Made by a program: the position numbers and the translations under genes. Positions 45,585 through 49,433 of a DNA stretch of 49,433 bases are shown here, piece by piece. Positions within the stretch are counted from its first letter, which is position 1. Every line of letters starts with the position of its first letter. This DNA is from a virus (lineage: Duplodnaviria > Caudoviricetes): IMG/VR virus record IMGVR_UViG_3300036982_000470, positions 1 to 49,433 of that record. One strand, written 5' to 3'. The notes under the pieces are model-generated. The model was not told the DNA's origin and made no database searches. It saw nothing but the letters and a program-made list of their open reading frames with translations.

Positions 45585-46104
45585 AAACAATGGAGCTAAA
45601 GATAGATGGGCTGCTGTAACTGAGTTGTTTAAGCAAAATAATACCATTAAGGAAAACCGTGGAGCGGAAATAGGAGTAAGAGAGGCTTTCTTTTCTTGTT
45701 ACCTATTAAACGAATTTGCTAATCTTTGGATGCTTCTTGTAGACCCTTATATGCCGTATCAAGATGTTGTTAATTTTTATAATCAAGAACAGCAATTTGC
45801 TTGGTTAACTGAAGCTAGAAGGAGGTTAGATAAATTTGACAAAAGATATACTTTAAAAATTGATCACTCTAATAAAGCTTGTGTATACCAAGAAGACGGT
45901 TCTCTTGACTTTGTCTTCATTGACGCCGAACACACTACTCCCGCTGTCATTACTGACATTACCCTTTGGCTGCCTAAAGTACGCAAGGGCGGCATCATGT
46001 GCGGGCATGACTACAATATGCCGCAAGTAAGGGCCGGAGTGGATAAGATGTGTAAAGATGTTTTGTACATTAAGACAGCTGATGTCTGGGCGGTAGAGGT
46101 ATAA
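45574..46104 (+). CDS. Class I SAM-dependent methyltransferase (Methyltransf_24-like)
   Basis: GAEIGV, VDPY, LDFVFIDAEH and KVRKGGIMCGHDY motifs. Confidence 0.88.
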   Translation: MEYKNNGAKDRWAAVTELFKQNNTIKENRGAEIGVREAFFSCYLLNEFANLWMLLVDPYMPYQDVVNFYNQEQQFAWLTEARRRLDKFDKRYTLKIDHSNKACVYQEDGSLDFVFIDAEHTTPAVITDITLWLPKVRKGGIMCGHDYNMPQVRAGVDKMCKDVLYIKTADVWAVEV

Positions 46105-46223
46105 TGGAGCAAACTGCTATAAACATATTATTTTGGCTATTAATTGTAGCTATAGGCCTATACATATTAGGGGTGCTTTTTAGGCTACTTTGGAACTTAG
46201 TAATACTTTGGATAACACGATGA
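46104..46223 (+). CDS. Small membrane peptide, 39 aa (not in the track)
   Basis: MEQTAINILFWLLIVAIGLYILGVLFRLLWNLVILWITR; TAATG and ATGA coupling on either side. Confidence 0.6.
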   Translation: MEQTAINILFWLLIVAIGLYILGVLFRLLWNLVILWITR

Positions 46224-46402
46224 AAATTAGAGTCATGGAAACTGAATGGTATCCTTTTTATGAGGAAGAAGAACTAACTTCAAAATACGGCTTAGTTATC
46301 GAGCTTTCAGACAAAGAGTATAAAGAATATAAGAAAGCTGTAGAAACTTTTAATAAATACCAAGATATGTTTAAAAATTTATGGGATGCCTCTGATGACT
46401 GA
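46220..46402 (+). CDS. Hypothetical protein
   Basis: Start moved to MKIRVMETEWYP at the ATGA overlap (the track gives 46190). Confidence 0.6.
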   Translation: MKIRVMETEWYPFYEEEELTSKYGLVIELSDKEYKEYKKAVETFNKYQDMFKNLWDASDD

Positions 46403-47594
46403 ACGCGAACACTCTGAACTTTCCCTCTCCTCTTCCGACCGCTGGGTAGCTTGCCCTGGCTCCATTTTCTTAATTAGAAATATTGAAGTCCCTCCGGCAG
46501 GCCCGGAAGCTGAGCGCGGAACTAAGGTCCATGAGTTATGCGCTGTGCTATTAGAGGATTTTTTAAAACATAAGCTTACCGGCAGTGATGCATTAGGTAG
46601 AGTACTAAAGATGCAGCCCGATTATGAGCCAGAAGACACAGAAAATGCTTATAATTATAGAGATACCGTCTGGCGTGAAGTACTTGACCAGTCAATCACA
46701 CACAAAGCTTATGGCATCGAAGAGAAATTTGTTTTTGATGAAAAATTAGATATTTACGGAACTGTAGACTTTTGGTGCATCTATATTGATGACCGGGCTA
46801 AAAGGGCTGCTGTTATTTGTGATTACAAGAATGGGTATAATTATGTCGATGAAGAATCAGGACAACTTAAAAGCTATGCATGCGCTCTTAGACAGGAGAT
46901 TAGAAATAGTGGAAAGGACATTGATTATGTTAAAACATGCATCTTCCAACCAAGATGCCTTAGTGCAGCGCCTTTCCGAAGCGCTCAGTTCACTGTTAAA
47001 CAGCTTTCTACATGGGAAAAAAAGATGTTTAAAGCTGCCAATCAAATATACGTTAAGAAAAAGCCCACCTTTAAAGTCGGCTCACACTGTAAATGGTGTC
47101 CAGCCAAATCAATCTGTAAAGCGTACGCGAAAGAAATCGAAAACCAAACGAGCCTTGCATTAATTAGCCCGGACTCTGTGGTGCTGCCAGCTCCTGAAGT
47201 TATCCCGGACGACAAGCTTGCCAACATAGTATTACATGCCGATGCTATTGAAGACTTTTTAAAGGCTTGTAAGGCCTATTGCCTCAACCGCCATTTGTCA
47301 GGGAAGCCACTTCCTGGCTTAAAGGCAGTTTTGGGGAACACTAGGAGATGCTGGAAAGAAGATGAAGCTAAAATTATACTAGGCCTCTATGCTCTGGGGT
47401 TAAAAGATGAGGATGTATTCCAAAAGCCCAAAATCAACACTATTACAGCTGTTGAAAAGCGCGTAGGTAGAGGCAAACTTGACGACCTTACCACTATGAG
47501 TGAGGCAAAACCGATTTTAGTTCCGAGCAATGACGCCCGGCTAGAAATTAAAGACGGTCTAGCAATGCTGGAAACAGTACCAGAAGACCAATAA
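46386..47594 (+). CDS. DUF2800-family PD-(D/E)XK / Cas4-like exonuclease
   Basis: HSELSLSSSDRWVACPGS, AERGTKVHE, GTVDF, DYKNG, QLKSYA and GSHCKWCPAKSIC motifs. Confidence 0.9.
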   Translation: MPLMTEREHSELSLSSSDRWVACPGSIFLIRNIEVPPAGPEAERGTKVHELCAVLLEDFLKHKLTGSDALGRVLKMQPDYEPEDTENAYNYRDTVWREVLDQSITHKAYGIEEKFVFDEKLDIYGTVDFWCIYIDDRAKRAAVICDYKNGYNYVDEESGQLKSYACALRQEIRNSGKDIDYVKTCIFQPRCLSAAPFRSAQFTVKQLSTWEKKMFKAANQIYVKKKPTFKVGSHCKWCPAKSICKAYAKEIENQTSLALISPDSVVLPAPEVIPDDKLANIVLHADAIEDFLKACKAYCLNRHLSGKPLPGLKAVLGNTRRCWKEDEAKIILGLYALGLKDEDVFQKPKINTITAVEKRVGRGKLDDLTTMSEAKPILVPSNDARLEIKDGLAMLETVPEDQ

Positions 47595-47613
47595 ACAAAC
47601 AGAAAGGAAATAT

Positions 47614-48294
47614 ATGAATACTAAATATTATAAACACCCAAAATATGGGACCGTATATGGTAATGCCATTGTAACGCCAACTGGCAGGTGTGCATGGCCC
47701 GCTCTAGTTAAGCCTCAAGAAGCTCCTCCGGCAAAACCAGGGGAACCCCAAGGAGCGCCTCGTTACGGAGTTACTATAATTCTTCCGAAAGCTGATAAAG
47801 CTGCACAAGAATGGGTAAAAGCTGTAAGTATTATGGTTAAAGAAATGCTTGTTAGCTTTAATGAAGGACGTAAAGCAAAGTTAAGCCTTGATTCTGTGCT
47901 TCTTGACGGAGACGGCTTTGACCTCGAAAAATACCCCTATTACAAAGACTCTTGGATTTTGACTGCCAGAAATGTGAAGTTGCCTAATATTGTGGACGGC
48001 AAGAAAAGTGAGCTTCCTGCTGACGCCATTATGGGGGGCATGTTTGTGAGAGCTACTGTTACTCCACTTCTCACTGGACACGGAGTATCCTACAAGCTTG
48101 AAGCTCTGCAGCGGGTGCGGGATGACTCCACTCGTTTTGCAGGTGCTTCTCGCGCTGGCGGATACTTGGATATGATTCCTATAGTAGCTGATGAAGGTGA
48201 AGCTCAAGCTACTTCAGATGAAACGCCGCTAGCAGCTGCCCCTGCTACCGACGCTCCAAAAAATGGCAAAGCGAAAGCGCTTGCCATGCTCTAA
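47614..48294 (+). CDS. DUF2815-family ssDNA-binding protein
   Basis: GRCAWPALVKP...RYGVTIILPK...GVSYKLEALQRVRDD; canonical DUF2800-DUF2815-PolA gene order. Confidence 0.85.
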   Translation: MNTKYYKHPKYGTVYGNAIVTPTGRCAWPALVKPQEAPPAKPGEPQGAPRYGVTIILPKADKAAQEWVKAVSIMVKEMLVSFNEGRKAKLSLDSVLLDGDGFDLEKYPYYKDSWILTARNVKLPNIVDGKKSELPADAIMGGMFVRATVTPLLTGHGVSYKLEALQRVRDDSTRFAGASRAGGYLDMIPIVADEGEAQATSDETPLAAAPATDAPKNGKAKALAML

Positions 48295-48303
48295 GGTTGT
48301 ACT

Positions 48304-48342
48304 AAAGGCATGGCAGTATAATTACTCCTGCCATGCCTTTTT
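48304..48342 (+). terminator. Intrinsic terminator after the SSB gene
   Basis: AAAGGCATGGCAG-N11-CTGCCATGCCTTT-TT. Confidence 0.85.
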
Positions 48343-48410
48343 ATTCAATCCAAAGGGATTGAATGTTTAAAATATTGGGCCCGGAAATTTTAGAATAAGG
48401 AGAATTTTTT

Positions 48411-48638
48411 ATGTGGATAATGACACAAGATGGTTTATTCAATACGGATCACTGTACGCATATAACTGTTAAGTTGACTACAGAGCATCCGGAAGACGAA
48501 ATTTATGCAATTAGAGCTGTGTTGACAGACAAAGATAGCTTTGAACTGCATTCTGGTACGCTAGAAAGCTGTACAGATTTGTTAGAAAGATATGCTACTA
48601 GGCTTAATGCAATTGGTGCGCGTTCTGATAAGAAATAA
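48411..48638 (+). CDS. Hypothetical protein
   Basis: 75 aa, TAAGGAG SD. Confidence 0.75.
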   Translation: MWIMTQDGLFNTDHCTHITVKLTTEHPEDEIYAIRAVLTDKDSFELHSGTLESCTDLLERYATRLNAIGARSDKK

Positions 48639-49433
48639 ATGGAACAAAAAGAATTTAAAACAAAATTTCTTGACGAAGAAATTACCTGCTATTATATTAA
48701 GGATGCAGCACAAGCAGCCGATGCTCTAGCTATTATGATGGAGCAGGACGGCATCTTTGGTATTGACACTGAAACTGAAGCCCTTCCTCAGTGGCACTCT
48801 AATCCGGAAGCTCCCCTCTCCCCTCACCTAGCAAAGGTACGTTTAATTCAAACCTATAATAGCCGGGCGGCGTGTGTGTTTGATTTAAAGTATCTTCCAT
48901 TTCAAATGTTTATTCCTTTTCTAGAAAGTAAAAGATTTGTGGCTCACAATGCCATGTTTGATTTAAGTTTCTTCCTTAAGCAGGGCTGTAAGGAAGTAGA
49001 CATTGGCTGCACCTATCAGCTAACAAAGCTTATGTTTCACGCGGCTAAGCCCGATGACGGAGGCTTAAAGGCAAGCCTTGAAGGAGTTGTTAACGGCCTT
49101 TACTCTCAAGAGATATTAAAAAAGGTACAAACTTCTGATTGGTCTATCCCAGAGTTAACCTTCGAGCAAGTTGAGTATGCTGCTATGGACGCCATTTCTG
49201 TCTATAAGATAGCAGATAAGCTTGCTTCTGTTATTACTGGCTACAAGATGGAGCGCTATTACGGGCTAATTAGAGCCGCTCAATTGCCACTGGCTAAGAT
49301 GCAGCTAAACGGCATTAAGTTAAACGTTGAAGGGCATAGACATTTAGTAGAAGACTGGCTCTATGACTTAAACAAAGCTAGAAAAGATGTAGTAGCAGTA
49401 CTCGGCTCTGAATCGGTGACTCCTACTACAATA
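48639..49433 (+). CDS. polA: Family A DNA polymerase, N-terminal 3'-5' exonuclease region (truncated; not in the track)
   Basis: Open frame from ATG 48639: ExoI GIDTET, ExoII HNAMFD, ExoIII YAAMD, then LAKMQLNGIKLN (start of the polymerase domain). Confidence 0.9.
   Translation, partial: MEQKEFKTKFLDEEITCYYIKDAAQAADALAIMMEQDGIFGIDTETEALPQWHSNPEAPLSPHLAKVRLIQTYNSRAACVFDLKYLPFQMFIPFLESKRFVAHNAMFDLSFFLKQGCKEVDIGCTYQLTKLMFHAAKPDDGGLKASLEGVVNGLYSQEILKKVQTSDWSIPELTFEQVEYAAMDAISVYKIADKLASVITGYKMERYYGLIRAAQLPLAKMQLNGIKLNVEGHRHLVEDWLYDLNKARKDVVAVLGSESVTPTTI

Larger units (their letters stand above)
1..49433. mobile_element. Tailed dsDNA bacteriophage genome segment (Caudoviricetes, podovirus-like)
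   Basis: TerL, portal, capsid and tailspike genes plus primase-helicase, SNF2, DUF2800, DUF2815 and PolA. Genes are dense and translationally coupled. No host housekeeping genes or integrase are seen. Confidence 0.95.

Noticed and set aside
46386-47594. Cas4-like nuclease as evidence of a CRISPR system
   Set aside because: It is the standard DUF2800 gene of DUF2800-DUF2815-PolA phage replication modules; no array or other cas genes are present.
15083-48200. Other CTGATGA matches (about 15084, 45091, 46392, 48189) as further hammerheads
   Set aside because: All lie in coding sequence, and I could not find the GAAA plus three-stem arrangement around them.
1-49433. Stop-codon reassignment, tRNA genes, integrase/att sites, endolysin
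   Set aside because: Genes are full length in the standard code with tight coupling. No cloverleaf, recombinase or lysin motifs were recognised by eye; they may lie outside the window.

Overview
The whole window reads as a 49 kb piece of a tailed dsDNA phage genome with a podovirus-like layout: no tape measure or sheath, and large ejection-protein candidates. (1) 1-30035, minus strand: virion module with a Cys-rich protein, portal, scaffold, major capsid protein with a Cys-rich C-terminal extension, a tandem double beta-helix tailspike, several paralogous pairs of appendage genes, a nozzle, an adaptor and ejection proteins. (2) A terminase large subunit inverted relative to that module. (3) 32504-33105: a control region with a near-consensus sigma54 -24/-12 promoter, two perfect IHF sites, a TGT-N10-ACA palindrome and a triple 16-bp repeat. 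(4) 33106-37849, plus strand: early small genes separated by long hairpins and a complete type II hammerhead ribozyme. (5) An iteron-like inverted repeat, a RepB/D5-type primase-helicase and a divergent replication operon (SNF2 helicase, DUF6948, GT92-like glycosyltransferase, methyltransferase, DUF2800 nuclease, DUF2815 SSB, truncated family A DNA polymerase). The best candidates for new biology are: Sec-signal-peptide, fibre-like repeat proteins sitting among Cys-tagged, systematically duplicated virion genes; a sigma54/IHF enhancer-type early promoter; and a hammerhead placed so that cleavage would separate an anti-SD from the SD of the DUF932 gene. All protein family calls come from motif recognition by eye and from gene order; no searches were run.
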